64,000 nt of DNA. Source: Thermoplasmatota archaeon. Its GTDB lineage: Archaea > Thermoplasmatota > E2 > JACPAO01 > JAHFTW01. Both the position numbers and the translations under genes were made by a program. Below, piece by piece: positions 20,009 to 29,803 of the stretch. The notes beneath the pieces are model-generated. The model made no database searches and was not told the origin of the DNA. It was given only the letters and a program-made list of their open reading frames with translations. Each line of letters starts with the position of its first letter. The stretch's first letter is position 1. The DNA lies in NCBI GenBank assembly GCA_035526765.1, contig DATLBS010000016.1, positions 8,681 to 72,680 of the forward strand. Reading direction: 5' to 3'.

Positions 20009-21036
20009 GCGCGGCCGCGGCACGCAAGGGCCCCGCGCGCTCCGGCGTGCTGCCGGCCGAGCGCCCCCGCAAGCGCCTCGTGCGCATGGCCGCGGAGACC
20101 GACGACAAGTACGGCAAGCGGCCCGAGGACCGCACGCTGCCCGAACTGATGGCCGCCGGCGTCGTGCCGCTGGACAAGCCGGCGGGGCCCACCAGCCACC
20201 AGGTGGCGGCGTGGATGAAGGGCGTGCTGGAGGTCCCCGACGTGGGCCACGGCGGCACCCTGGACCCCAACGTCACCGGTGCCCTGCCCGTCACCATCAA
20301 CGGCGCCGTGAAGGCCGTCGGCGCCCTCCTGTCCGCAGGCAAGGAGTACGTCGCCCTCATGCGGCTGCACGAGGGTCGCGGCGAGGCCGACGTGCGACGC
20401 GTCGCGGCCCAGTTCGTGGGCAAGATCAACCAGACGCCCCCCGTACGGTCCGCCGTGGCGCGCCGGCCCCGCATCCGCCGCGTCTACTACCTGGACGTGC
20501 TGGAATGCACGGAGCGCGACGTCCTCTTCCGGGTGGGCTGCCAGGCGGGCACCTACATCCGCAACCTCTGCGTCGACATGGGGCGTGCGCTGGGCACGCG
20601 GGGGCACATGCAGGAGCTGCGCCGCACCCGCACCGGCCTGTTCACGGAGGCAGACCTCGTGACCATGCACGACTGCCTGGACGCCCGCATCTTCTGGCAG
20701 CAGGACGCCACGGACGAGGCTCCCCTGCGCCGCTGTGTCAAGCCCGTGGAGGCCGTCACCGCGCACCTCAACAGCATGACGCTGCGCGACTCCGCCGTGG
20801 ACGCCGTCTGCCACGGTGCCCCCCTTGCCGTCATCGGGGTGGCCAGCCTGGACGCCGGCATCGAGGAGGGCGAACCCGTGGCACTCATGTCCCTGAAGGG
20901 CGAGCTCGTGGCCCTGGCGGAATCCAAGATGACCAGCAAGTTGGTCCTCGACTCCGAGAAGGGCATCGCCGCCACGCCCTCCCGCGTCGTGATGCGCAAG
21001 GGCACCTACCCGCGCACCTGGAAAGCCAAGGAGTAG
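20005..21036 (+). CDS. cbf5: H/ACA RNA-guided pseudouridine synthase Cbf5
   Basis: LDKPAGPTSHQV, GHGGTLDP, GTYIR, ELRRTRTG, C-terminal PUA domain. Confidence 0.95.
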   Translation: MSAAAARKGPARSGVLPAERPRKRLVRMAAETDDKYGKRPEDRTLPELMAAGVVPLDKPAGPTSHQVAAWMKGVLEVPDVGHGGTLDPNVTGALPVTINGAVKAVGALLSAGKEYVALMRLHEGRGEADVRRVAAQFVGKINQTPPVRSAVARRPRIRRVYYLDVLECTERDVLFRVGCQAGTYIRNLCVDMGRALGTRGHMQELRRTRTGLFTEADLVTMHDCLDARIFWQQDATDEAPLRRCVKPVEAVTAHLNSMTLRDSAVDAVCHGAPLAVIGVASLDAGIEEGEPVALMSLKGELVALAESKMTSKLVLDSEKGIAATPSRVVMRKGTYPRTWKAKE

Positions 21037-21037
21037 C

Positions 21038-21961
21038 ATGGTCACCCCCTACGCCGGTTACTGGGCCACGGCCTGGCTACTGGCCCTGCTATCGGGTGGG
21101 CTCGCGCGCCTCATGGGCCAGCGCCCCTGGCGCGCCGCGGGCCTCGGCCTCATGACGGTGCCGCTGTGGACCACGGGCATCGACATCGGACTCTCCATCG
21201 CGCCCCTCGTGCAGGGCGGCACGGTCCTGCAGGCCGCCTCCCGCCGCGCCCTGAGCGACCAGGCCATCGGCGCCATCCTCGTGAACCTTGGCTACCTGGG
21301 CGCCGGGTTCCTCGTGTACGCGACCGACGGCCGCGTGCTGTCGAAGGACCTCCGGGGCCTCGCGCGGGAACTGGCCTCCGTGGTCCCCCTCTGGCGCAAC
21401 GAGGGCGCCTCCGCCGCCGCGGGCCTCGCCGTGACGCCGCTGCTGGCCCTCGGCTTCACCCTGCTCGTGATGCTGACGCAGGGCATCCGGGTCCTCAACA
21501 ACGGCGACGACTCGCAGTACTTCACCAACATGACGCTGTACCACGCGGTCCTCATCAGCGCGGCCGCAGCCCTGGGGGAGGAGCTGCTGTTCCGCGGCCT
21601 GTTGCAGGGCCTCCTCGCGCGCGGCCTCGTGGGGCTGGGGCGTGGCGCCGCGACGACCGTGGCCATCGTCCTGCAGGCCATCGTGTTCGGCTTCGCGCAC
21701 GCCGGGTACGGCAACTTCAGCCACGTGCTCTTCCCTGCCGTGTTCGGGTTGCTGGCGGGCTTCCTCTCCTGGCGGTTCGGGCTGTGGAGCGCGATCGTGC
21801 TGCACTTCCTCGCAGACTTCTACCAGTTCGGCCTCGAGGCGGGCACGCAGGTGGCCTGGGTCTCCTGGCTGGTGCAGGCCCTGTTCCTGCTGAACATCGC
21901 GTTCAGCATTGTTTGGGTTGCGGCGATGTGGCGCCGGCGACGGGTACGTGCCGGGGAATAG
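21038..21961 (+). CDS. CPBP (Abi/CAAX protease type II) intramembrane glutamic endopeptidase
   Basis: EELLFRG, FGFAH, AIVLH motifs; multiple TMs. Confidence 0.9.
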   Translation: MVTPYAGYWATAWLLALLSGGLARLMGQRPWRAAGLGLMTVPLWTTGIDIGLSIAPLVQGGTVLQAASRRALSDQAIGAILVNLGYLGAGFLVYATDGRVLSKDLRGLARELASVVPLWRNEGASAAAGLAVTPLLALGFTLLVMLTQGIRVLNNGDDSQYFTNMTLYHAVLISAAAALGEELLFRGLLQGLLARGLVGLGRGAATTVAIVLQAIVFGFAHAGYGNFSHVLFPAVFGLLAGFLSWRFGLWSAIVLHFLADFYQFGLEAGTQVAWVSWLVQALFLLNIAFSIVWVAAMWRRRRVRAGE

Positions 21962-22026
21962 GTCCACGCCGCCGCTGCCGACCCGCGCGGAGGAAGGTCC
22001 ATCCTGAGCGCGTCCTTGCCTGACGC

Positions 22027-23013
22027 ATGCGACTGGACCCCACCCGGGCTAGCCTCCTCGCCATGCTGCTCTCTACCACGGCGCTCGTGCTTGCGTCAGG
22101 ATACGCGGGGGCCCTGGGCGCGGATGAGCACCGCATCCGTCACGCTGGCGTCATGCAGACCTCCGGCGACCAGGACCTGTTCATCAGCTACCCGGTGGAA
22201 GGGCGCCCGGGCGATATCGTACGGGTCGACGAGGATTCCCGTCCCTATCTCGCCGCGGACTTCGACCTCTACCTCGTCCCCCTTGGGCATGCCCAGGACA
22301 TCGTCGGGGGCACAGCACAGATCCTCGCCCACGCCCGCCCTGTCTCGAGGGAGGAACGCGTTGCCCAGACGATCCATTTGGAGCGCAATGGAACCACCTC
22401 CGCCATGGGCAGCGTCCGGGAAGACCCGCGGGCCTTCAGGCTGTTCCTGGGCGAAGGCCGGCCGCCGGTCCTGCAGGCCACCATCCCTCCCGGCGCAACC
22501 GGCATCGAGGTCACATGGGTCAACACGACCGCAGGAATCCCCGACGACACCATGTTCGAGGCTTCCATCACGCGCCTCGACCACTTCTGGGCCAGCTTGC
22601 TCTGGCCGTTCCTCGCAGCCGAAGCCTTGCTGGTCGTCGGGGCCATCATCACCGGCACCGTCTGGCTCCGTTCCAGTCGAGGCCAGCAAGCGCATGGCGC
22701 CGTGGGAACCCGCGGCCTCGACACGGGAGACATCGTCCACCTTGTGGAGGCCGCCGGCACCCACCTGCGCAGGCTGCGGGACACGGTCTGGATCGCAGGG
22801 GTCCTGCTGGTGGCCTGCCTCGCGATGGGGCATGACCTGCTCGTACGCTACCTCGGCGACGAGCCCCAGAGCCCGACCGCCCCAGGTGCGGTCCATCTCG
22901 CATACCTTCTTGCGGCAGCGCTGGCCTTGGGCGCGTGGTTCATCCTGGCCTACCGTTCCAATCGCGAGCTGGAGCGGTGGCGCGCACACATGCGGACTGA
23001 CGCCTTCGCGTGA
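22027..23013 (+). CDS. Hypothetical membrane protein
   Basis: Signal-like N-terminus, soluble domain, three C-terminal TMs; codon usage less GC3-biased than neighbours. Confidence 0.6.
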   Translation: MRLDPTRASLLAMLLSTTALVLASGYAGALGADEHRIRHAGVMQTSGDQDLFISYPVEGRPGDIVRVDEDSRPYLAADFDLYLVPLGHAQDIVGGTAQILAHARPVSREERVAQTIHLERNGTTSAMGSVREDPRAFRLFLGEGRPPVLQATIPPGATGIEVTWVNTTAGIPDDTMFEASITRLDHFWASLLWPFLAAEALLVVGAIITGTVWLRSSRGQQAHGAVGTRGLDTGDIVHLVEAAGTHLRRLRDTVWIAGVLLVACLAMGHDLLVRYLGDEPQSPTAPGAVHLAYLLAAALALGAWFILAYRSNRELERWRAHMRTDAFA

Positions 23014-23016
23014 GGC

Positions 23017-23286
23017 ATGACGTTCCGCCCCGACCTCTACGTCCTCGCCAGGTTCCTGGAACGCCTGGCCGAGCCAAGGCCCTGGACCCGCGCATCGCTG
23101 CAGCTGGCCGTGCGGCTGAACTACACCCTCTTTGCCCGCTACCTGGACTTCCTCGCCGGGAAAGGATGGGTGCGTATCGAGGCCACAGAGACGCCAGCCA
23201 CCATCGTGCTGACGCATGCGGGACACGAGGCGTGGTCTGCGCTCAGGACCTGGCTTGCAACGTGGCTGAGCGGCTCGAAGCTGTGA
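23017..23286 (+). CDS. Small winged-helix protein (archaeal DUF4364/ArnR1-like)
   Basis: LQLAVRLNY..FARYLDFL..KGWV ... LTHAG. Confidence 0.75.
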   Translation: MTFRPDLYVLARFLERLAEPRPWTRASLQLAVRLNYTLFARYLDFLAGKGWVRIEATETPATIVLTHAGHEAWSALRTWLATWLSGSKL

Positions 23287-23531
23287 GTGCGAAATCAAGA
23301 CCAGACCCCAGCCCTCGATGACCGGCCTTAGCCGTGCATGGATGGCGCTCGCCAGGGTCGTCGAGAGGGGCACGCGCGGTCGACTTGCGGCCCCGCTTGG
23401 ATCTCGCTGGGCAAGCGCCGAGGGTCGTCGAGCGCGCAGCAGCGCGGTCGACGCCTGAGCGAAGCGAGGGAGACCCTCGGTGCTTGGTGGCGTTCGCGCG
23501 CGGCTGCGCCGCGCGCACCGAACGCTGCAAG

Positions 23532-23617
23532 CGCCGAGGGTGAGATTTGAACTCACGCGGGAGTTTCCCCCCACAAGCTTTCCAGGCTTGCGCCTTACCG
23601 GTCTAGACTACCTCGGC
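23532..23617 (-). tRNA. tRNA-Ser (anticodon GGA), CCA not encoded
   Basis: GCCGAGG/CCTCGGC acceptor stem, CAAGC-CT-GGA-AA-GCTTG anticodon arm, long variable arm, GTTCAAATC T-loop, discriminator G. Confidence 0.95.
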
Positions 23618-23694
23618 AAAGGAGTCGGGGCATGGCCCCCGGATGTCGCGCGCACAACGGCCTGCTATTTAACGGGAAAGGAAGTCGCAACGCC

Positions 23695-24372
23695 ATGGCG
23701 TGGCTTTGGCAGGTGATGCGGCCCTGGGCGATCCCCCTCGTGCGCGTGGCCTTCCGCATCCGCGTCGAGGGCCGCAAGCACATCCCGAAGAAGGGAGCCG
23801 CCATCCTGGCCTCCAACCACCTCTCGGCCCTGGACCACGTGGTCCTCCCGGCCGTGACGCGGCGGACCATCATCAACATTAGCAAGGCCGAGCACTTCGA
23901 CAAGCCCCTCAAGGCGTGGTTCTTCCGCCACTGGGGCGTCATCCGTCTCCTGCGCGGCAGCGGCGACCAGGCGGCCCTCGATGCGGCCCGCAAGGCCCTG
24001 CGCGCCGGCAACCTGTTCGCCATCTACCCCGAGGGGACGCGGAGCCTCGACGGCAAGCTGCACAAGGGCCACACCGGTGTGGCGCGTCTCGCCCTGGAGC
24101 TGCAGGTGCCCGTCATCCCCGTCGCCATGGTGGGCACCTTCGAGGCCAAGCCGAAGGGGGGCAAGACGAGGTACTTCACGAAGACGGCGGCCATCGTGGG
24201 GGAGCCCCTGGACTTCTCGCGGCATTGGGGCAAGCACAACGACAAGGCCGTGTGCCGCGAGGTCACGGACGAGGTCATGCGCGCCATCCAGCGCCTGTCG
24301 GGGCAGGAGTACGTGGACGAGTACCAGCACAACCCCGCCGTCCCCGGCCACGCCAGGCCCAAGGCGACCTGA
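23695..24372 (+). CDS. 1-acyl-sn-glycerol-3-phosphate acyltransferase (PlsC-like)
   Basis: SNHLSALD (HX4D), YPEGTRS.DG, PVIPVAMVGT. Confidence 0.9.
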   Translation: MAWLWQVMRPWAIPLVRVAFRIRVEGRKHIPKKGAAILASNHLSALDHVVLPAVTRRTIINISKAEHFDKPLKAWFFRHWGVIRLLRGSGDQAALDAARKALRAGNLFAIYPEGTRSLDGKLHKGHTGVARLALELQVPVIPVAMVGTFEAKPKGGKTRYFTKTAAIVGEPLDFSRHWGKHNDKAVCREVTDEVMRAIQRLSGQEYVDEYQHNPAVPGHARPKAT

Positions 24373-24719
24373 TGGGGGTCACGTTCTGGGGCCGCAAGGG
24401 GTCGCAGGAGACCCTCGACGCCATCGCCTTCCTGAAGAAGGAGCGCTACGGGGCCGACCGCGTGCTGGACCTCGACCAGACACCTCCGACGCTTGCGGAG
24501 ATGGTGCTGCTGGCCAAGGGACTGGGGGACCTAGCCGATGCGATCCATCCGCGCCACGCCGACGCAGCTCCCCCCTCCGACGGCGACCCGCTGGGCGCCT
24601 GGCTGGCCGCCGATCCGCGCAGGATGCGTGACCCGTTGCTGCTGACGCCGAAAGGGGCTCAGGCGGGATTCCGTGAGCAGAGATGGCGTGCCTTCCTTGA
24701 CATCGGGAAAGGACGATGA
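24372..24719 (+). CDS. ArsC/Spx-like small protein lacking Cys
   Basis: Size and pattern (D...PPT..E, L...P..MRDPLL, GF.E..W) resemble ArsC/Spx/YffB; translationally coupled to the plsC-like gene. Confidence 0.6.
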   Translation: MGVTFWGRKGSQETLDAIAFLKKERYGADRVLDLDQTPPTLAEMVLLAKGLGDLADAIHPRHADAAPPSDGDPLGAWLAADPRRMRDPLLLTPKGAQAGFREQRWRAFLDIGKGR

Positions 24720-24781
24720 CTTGGTGCATGTGAGCCACGGAATCTGCTGAATCCAAGTACGAATCCGGGAATCCGGCCACG

Positions 24782-25708
24782 ATGATGAGGCTCGGTGCCC
24801 ACAACTCGATCGCGGGGGGCATGCACAACGCGGTGGCGGAGTGCGTCGCCATCGGCGGGGAGGCGATGCAGGTGTTCTGCAAGAACCAGCGGCAATGGAA
24901 GGCCAAGCCCCTCATGCCCGACGAGATCAAGCAGTTCAAGGACGCCGTGGCCGCCGCCGGGATCGGGCCCGTCATGGTGCACGACTCCTACCTCATCAAC
25001 ATGAGCCACCCCGACGCCGGGAAGCGCGAGCAGAGCCGCCTTGCCTTCATGGACGAGCTGGAGCGCACGGAGGCCCTGGGCATCCAGTACCTGAACTTCC
25101 ATCCGGGCTCCCACGTGCATGATGACAAGGGCAGACGGGACGACCGTGCCCACCGCGACCAGTGCCTCGACCACCTGGCGGCGGCCATGGCGCAATGCAT
25201 CGACGAATCGAAGGGCTACAAGACGAAGCTGGTGATCGAGAACGCGGCGGGGCAGGGCACGAACATCGGCAGCACCTGGGAGGAGATCGGCCGCCTCGTC
25301 GATGCCGTGGGAAGCAAGGACCGCGTCGGCGTCACCGTGGACACCCAGCACTCCTGGGCCGCCGGCTACGACTGGAACAGGAAGTACGACGAGTGCTGGG
25401 ACCAGTTCGACTCGGCGGTCGGCATCGGGTGGCTCGTGGCGTTCCACCTCAACGACTCCAAGCAGCCCTGCGGTGCCCGCGTGGACCGCCACGACACCAT
25501 CGGCGAGGGCCTGCTGGGGCTCGAGTTCTTCCGCACCCTCGTGAACGACCGCCGCTTCGACGGCAAGGTCGGCTACCTCGAGACGCCGGAAGGCCTCGAG
25601 TCATGGAAGCGGGAGCTGGCGTTGCTGCGCTCGCTGCGCACCGATGAGGAGGCCCCCCGACGGGGAAGCTCGGCCCAGTCGCCAAGGTCCCGGCAGGCCC
25701 GTCTCTAG
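24782..25708 (+). CDS. nfo: Endonuclease IV
   Basis: LGAHNSIAGG, HDSYLIN, NFHPG, IENAAGQG, DTQH, HLNDSK, DRH..IGEG, LETP. Confidence 0.95.
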   Translation: MMRLGAHNSIAGGMHNAVAECVAIGGEAMQVFCKNQRQWKAKPLMPDEIKQFKDAVAAAGIGPVMVHDSYLINMSHPDAGKREQSRLAFMDELERTEALGIQYLNFHPGSHVHDDKGRRDDRAHRDQCLDHLAAAMAQCIDESKGYKTKLVIENAAGQGTNIGSTWEEIGRLVDAVGSKDRVGVTVDTQHSWAAGYDWNRKYDECWDQFDSAVGIGWLVAFHLNDSKQPCGARVDRHDTIGEGLLGLEFFRTLVNDRRFDGKVGYLETPEGLESWKRELALLRSLRTDEEAPRRGSSAQSPRSRQARL

Positions 25709-25834
25709 TCGTTCCCCCACGGTGTCGTCCACCAGCCCCGCACCGCAGGCTCGCGCAAGGGCGGACGCCGGCCGCAGTGGCCGCCAAAGCTGTCCCAGAG
25801 CGCTCTAAGCACCGTCAAGGCCAAGTGAGGCTCC

Positions 25835-26236
25835 ATGGCAACGACCCGCATGGGCCGCCGCGGCGGCCGCAAGACCGTCCGATCGGCTGGCAAGCGCTCC
25901 GTCCGCAAGGTGGCGCGCTCGACCCGCAAGGCGACCCGCAAGGTCGCGCGCACCGCGAAGAAGGCGACACGCAAGGTCGCCCGCAAGACGACGAAGGGCC
26001 ACCGGAAGGTCGCCCGCAAGACGACGAAGGCCAACCGCAAGGTGGCGCGCAAGGGCGCCCGCCGCACCCTGTCGCGCGGCTCCCGGCCATCACGCCGCAT
26101 GAACGAGCCCCGCCGCGAGATGCTCCAGTTCCAGGAGGTCCCCATGGACTCCTCCTACGGATCCGGCTCTTACACGCCGCGCGCGGAGCCTAAGAAGGAG
26201 CACAAGGGCTTCCTTGGCTTCCTCGGCTTCCGCTAG
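25835..26236 (+). CDS. Highly basic histone-H1/Hc2-like repeat protein
   Basis: Five 11-aa xRKVARxxxKx repeats; gtgagg RBS upstream; C/T tract downstream. Confidence 0.75.
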   Translation: MATTRMGRRGGRKTVRSAGKRSVRKVARSTRKATRKVARTAKKATRKVARKTTKGHRKVARKTTKANRKVARKGARRTLSRGSRPSRRMNEPRREMLQFQEVPMDSSYGSGSYTPRAEPKKEHKGFLGFLGFR

Positions 26237-26269
26237 GCCGCCGGCGACGCTTCTCCTTCCCTTTTTCCC

Positions 26270-26893
26270 CTATTCTTTGGGCTTGGTGCTGAGCTCGGCG
26301 AAGGCCATCTTGCCGCTGAGGCGGTTGACCTTGGCCCACACGGTCTGGCCGACCTGGCCGCCGGGCACGATGAAGAAGTAGCCTTCGTACGCACCCTTGC
26401 CCTCGCCGCGCTGGCCGGGCTGCGTGAGGCGGATCTCGTAGACGCCGCCCTCCTTGACGGCGGCCTCCTGGCGGCGCGCCTTGCGGGCCTTGATGGGGGT
26501 GTGCGCGCCGCAGGCCTCGCAGCGCAGGATGGTGACGCGGGCGTCCTTCTCCAGGTGGGTGTCGGGGGCGCCGCACTCGACGCAGCGCACGTAGGTCTCG
26601 ACGTAGTCCTCCAGGACGCCTTTGATCTTCGACTCCGACACCTTGCCGGTGAACACGAGGCGGTCGCCGTCGATGCCGCCGGCGGTGCCGATCTGGGAGA
26701 GCAGGAACTTCGCCATGTGGTCCGGCTCGCGGCGCGTCGCGGCGATCATCTCCTTGAAGTTGCGCAGCAGCGTCATGCGGCCCTCGGGGATGATCTCGGG
26801 GCGGGGGAGGCTCCAGCGGTCCTTGTTGCCCACGTTCTCCGGCAGCGTCGAGCGCGCCTTCTTCAGGAGAGCGAGGTAGTCGTTCTGGTCCAT
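26270..26893 (-). CDS. eif2b: Translation initiation factor 2 subunit beta with C-terminal TRAM domain
   Basis: EGRMT..RNF, GTAG, C.ECG.PDT, CEACGA zinc ribbon, TRAM-like tail. Confidence 0.93.
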   Translation of the reverse strand: MDQNDYLALLKKARSTLPENVGNKDRWSLPRPEIIPEGRMTLLRNFKEMIAATRREPDHMAKFLLSQIGTAGGIDGDRLVFTGKVSESKIKGVLEDYVETYVRCVECGAPDTHLEKDARVTILRCEACGAHTPIKARKARRQEAAVKEGGVYEIRLTQPGQRGEGKGAYEGYFFIVPGGQVGQTVWAKVNRLSGKMAFAELSTKPKE

Positions 26894-26917
26894 GCGGCGG
26901 CCAGGAAGGCGCGGGCT

Positions 26918-28393
26918 TTAAGGTGCAGGGTCCGCGTGGGGTGTGGCGTCCATCCCGGCCACGATCGTGAAGGCGCTGCCCCTGCCGTCGTTCCAAGCCG
27001 CGAACAGGGTGCCATCGACGCTGGCCAATGAGGCCGTCGGGAAGGTCTCGAAGGCCAGTGTGGTCCAGGCCTTGGCGAACTTCGAGTTCCTCGCGGCATA
27101 GTCTGGCGCCTCCTGCAGCAGATGCGCGGGCCCGGTCTCAAGGCCGGGTCCGAGCCGGAAAGCGACCGCGCAGTAGTCGACCTGGGGATGCCCGTCGGGG
27201 GCCATGGCGTTGCAGCGAACGTCCGCCAGCACCGTGAAACCGGTCGCATCCGCGGTGACTGCCAGCGGGTCGTCGCCCCACGAGCCGCGGTCCGCGCTGC
27301 TGGTGCCTTGGTCCAGCTCCCGCAGGAGTGCCACCTTGTCCCAGGCCGTGCCCTGCCTGGTCCAGTTGCGGCCGCCGTCGGTGGATTCTAGGAGCCGCAG
27401 GTCGGTGCAGCCGCCGCCATAACCGATCGCAGCCCCGATGGCGAGGACGTGGGGGCCATCGGAGGCCAGCGTGAAGAAGGTGCAATCCGTCAGGATCGAA
27501 CCGATCGGCTCGGGCCCGTCGCTGCCGAGCTCCAGAATGGTCATGGCGACGGGGACGGTGTTGGCGAAGCTTTCGCCTGAGCCCCGGCCGCAGGCGATGT
27601 GCAGCCGGCCTTCCCATTCCTGGACGTTGGAGGGGTACCAACAGGCGTGGTCCGCCGCCTGCCGCCAAGGATGGCCTGGCCCAAGGTGCCCCTCCGGGTC
27701 TTGCCGTTCGAAGGTCACGCCGGCCAGCAAACGCGACTCAAGGACCAGCCAGGCGACGGCAAGCGTCCCGTCGCGCGCCATCCCAGCACGCAGGTTGAAG
27801 ATGTCGTCCGCCTCCGCGATGGCTTCGGGCGCGGACCAGGCAACGCCGTCGGGGCTGGTCGCGTGCAGCACCCATTCGTATCCCCTCGCCATGGAGGGCA
27901 CTTCGAGGCCCAGGATGCTTCCGGCGGGCGCGCTGGTGGCGAGGAAGGCCAGATAGACGAGGTGGAAGGGGCCGGTGTCCGCGCGCAGGATGGCCGGGAA
28001 ACCGAAGTTGACCACGCCGGGATTGGTCGGGGGCAGCCAGGTGGGAAGCACGGTTGCGGCTCCCATGGTGCCATCGGGTCGCAGCTCGGCAAGGGTGATG
28101 GCCGCAAGGTTCCCGGGCGCCTCCAGCGGGGCGGCGGCATCCCGGGCCACCCGCGCGACGAGGGTCTTTCCCCCACTGTGGTGGACCGCCACGTCGCCGT
28201 CCATGGATTGGGGGGCTGCCATGGGGGAGTAGCAGGCCTGTGTCGGCGATTGGCGGGAGCCCGGAGGGCACGCGAAGGACCAGGCCGGTGGCACGATGGC
28301 CTCCCCGGGTGCGCCGGCGGGCGGCAGGGCCCCTGGGGGGTGCGCGCAGCCTGCCAGCAAGAGCGCCAGCAACACGGGGGTCCAGGTGCGCAC
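26918..28393 (-). CDS. Hypothetical lipoprotein with Asp-box motifs
   Basis: LLLAGC lipobox after GTG start; SPDGVAW, STDGGRNW. Confidence 0.65.
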   Translation of the reverse strand: MRTWTPVLLALLLAGCAHPPGALPPAGAPGEAIVPPAWSFACPPGSRQSPTQACYSPMAAPQSMDGDVAVHHSGGKTLVARVARDAAAPLEAPGNLAAITLAELRPDGTMGAATVLPTWLPPTNPGVVNFGFPAILRADTGPFHLVYLAFLATSAPAGSILGLEVPSMARGYEWVLHATSPDGVAWSAPEAIAEADDIFNLRAGMARDGTLAVAWLVLESRLLAGVTFERQDPEGHLGPGHPWRQAADHACWYPSNVQEWEGRLHIACGRGSGESFANTVPVAMTILELGSDGPEPIGSILTDCTFFTLASDGPHVLAIGAAIGYGGGCTDLRLLESTDGGRNWTRQGTAWDKVALLRELDQGTSSADRGSWGDDPLAVTADATGFTVLADVRCNAMAPDGHPQVDYCAVAFRLGPGLETGPAHLLQEAPDYAARNSKFAKAWTTLAFETFPTASLASVDGTLFAAWNDGRGSAFTIVAGMDATPHADPAP

Positions 28394-28443
28394 GCGTCCG
28401 CACGGCCTTCCGGGTTTAGAAGCCGTTTCGCACACTCGTTGGC

Positions 28444-29760
28444 CTATGCCGGCGCTGGGCGCATGTGGGTCTTGCCTGCCATGTAGGGGCGCAGGGCCTC
28501 GGGGATGGTGACGGAGCCGTCCTCGTCCTGGAAGTTCTCCAGGATGGCCACAAGGGTGCGCTGGACGGCGATGGCGGTCGAGTTGAGGGTGTGCACGAAC
28601 TCGGTGGGGTCGCCGGGGTTCTTGCGGCTGCGGGTGTTGTAGCGGCGCGCCTGGAAGTCGGTGCAGTTCGAGCAGGAGACCACTTCGCGGTAGGCGCCCT
28701 GCACGGGCATCCAGGCCTCGATGTCGTACTTCTTGGCGGCGATGCTGCCGAGGTCGCCGGTGCAGATGTTGACGACGCGGTACGGGATCTTGAGGGCCTT
28801 GAACAGCTCCTCCGCGTTGGCGATGAGCTCTTCGTGGATGCGCCAGGAGTCCTCGGGGCGGCAGTACACGAACTGCTCGACCTTCGAGAACTGGTGCACC
28901 CGGAAGATGCCCTTCGTGTCCTTGCCATGCGCGCCCGCCTCCTTGCGGAAACAAGGCGAGACGCCAGCGTACCTGAGGGGAAGCTGGGAGTCGGACAGGA
29001 GTTCCCCCATGTGCATGGCGGCGATGGGGTGCTCGGAGGTCGCGATGAGGTAGAGGTCGGGCTGCTTGCCCTTGCCGTCGTCGCCGGCCCCCTCGCCCTG
29101 CACCTTGTAGATGACGGACTCGAAGTCCGCCAGGTCCACGGCGCCCTCGACGGCCTCGCGGCGCAGCATGTAGGGAGGGTCGATGGCGGTGAAGCCCTTG
29201 GCGGCCAGCGCGTGCAGCGCGAAGAACTCAAGCGCGCGCCCCAGCAGCACGAGGTCGCCTTTCATGTAGGCGAAGCGGGCGCCGGCGGCGCGGGCGGCGC
29301 GCTCGAGGTCCGCGAGGTCAAGGCTCTCGAGCAGGTCGACGTGGCTCCTGGCGGGGAAGGCGTGCCGTGGGGTGCCCCCCCAGGCGCGCACCTGCTGGTT
29401 CTCGGAATCGTCCTTGCCGACGGGCACCGAGGGGTGCATGAGGTTGGGGATGGAGCGCAACAACGCGTCGCGCTGTCTCTCCGCCGCAGGCACGTCCGAT
29501 TCCAGGCGCTTGAGCTCCTCGCCCACGGCGGCCATGCGCTCGAGGACCGGCTTGGCGTCGCCGCCGGCCTTCTTGGCCTCGGCGATCATCTTGCCGGACT
29601 TGTTGCGCTCGGCGCGCAGCTCCTCCATCCGCTTGAGGCCGTCCCGCCAAACCTGGTCGAGGCGGCGCACCTCGTCCACGACGCCGGCGTCGCGCCCGCG
29701 TTTGGCAAGGTCGGCGCGCACCACGTCTGGTGTCTCCCGGAGCAGCCGGATGTCGAGCAT
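28444..29760 (-). CDS. serS: Serine--tRNA ligase
   Basis: MLDIRLLRE, IATSE, FRKEAGAHG.DTKGIFRVHQF, EVVSCSNCTDFQARR, HTLNST. Confidence 0.98.
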   Translation of the reverse strand: MLDIRLLRETPDVVRADLAKRGRDAGVVDEVRRLDQVWRDGLKRMEELRAERNKSGKMIAEAKKAGGDAKPVLERMAAVGEELKRLESDVPAAERQRDALLRSIPNLMHPSVPVGKDDSENQQVRAWGGTPRHAFPARSHVDLLESLDLADLERAARAAGARFAYMKGDLVLLGRALEFFALHALAAKGFTAIDPPYMLRREAVEGAVDLADFESVIYKVQGEGAGDDGKGKQPDLYLIATSEHPIAAMHMGELLSDSQLPLRYAGVSPCFRKEAGAHGKDTKGIFRVHQFSKVEQFVYCRPEDSWRIHEELIANAEELFKALKIPYRVVNICTGDLGSIAAKKYDIEAWMPVQGAYREVVSCSNCTDFQARRYNTRSRKNPGDPTEFVHTLNSTAIAVQRTLVAILENFQDEDGSVTIPEALRPYMAGKTHMRPAPA

Positions 29761-29803
29761 CTACGCGGCGCACCCTGGGACGGTCCTTGACCCCTTCGGC
29801 GGC

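Noticed and set aside
21038..23531. Genomic island integrated at tRNA-Ser
   Set aside because: No integrase and no distal att copy seen beyond the local 15-bp duplication; only a mild compositional shift
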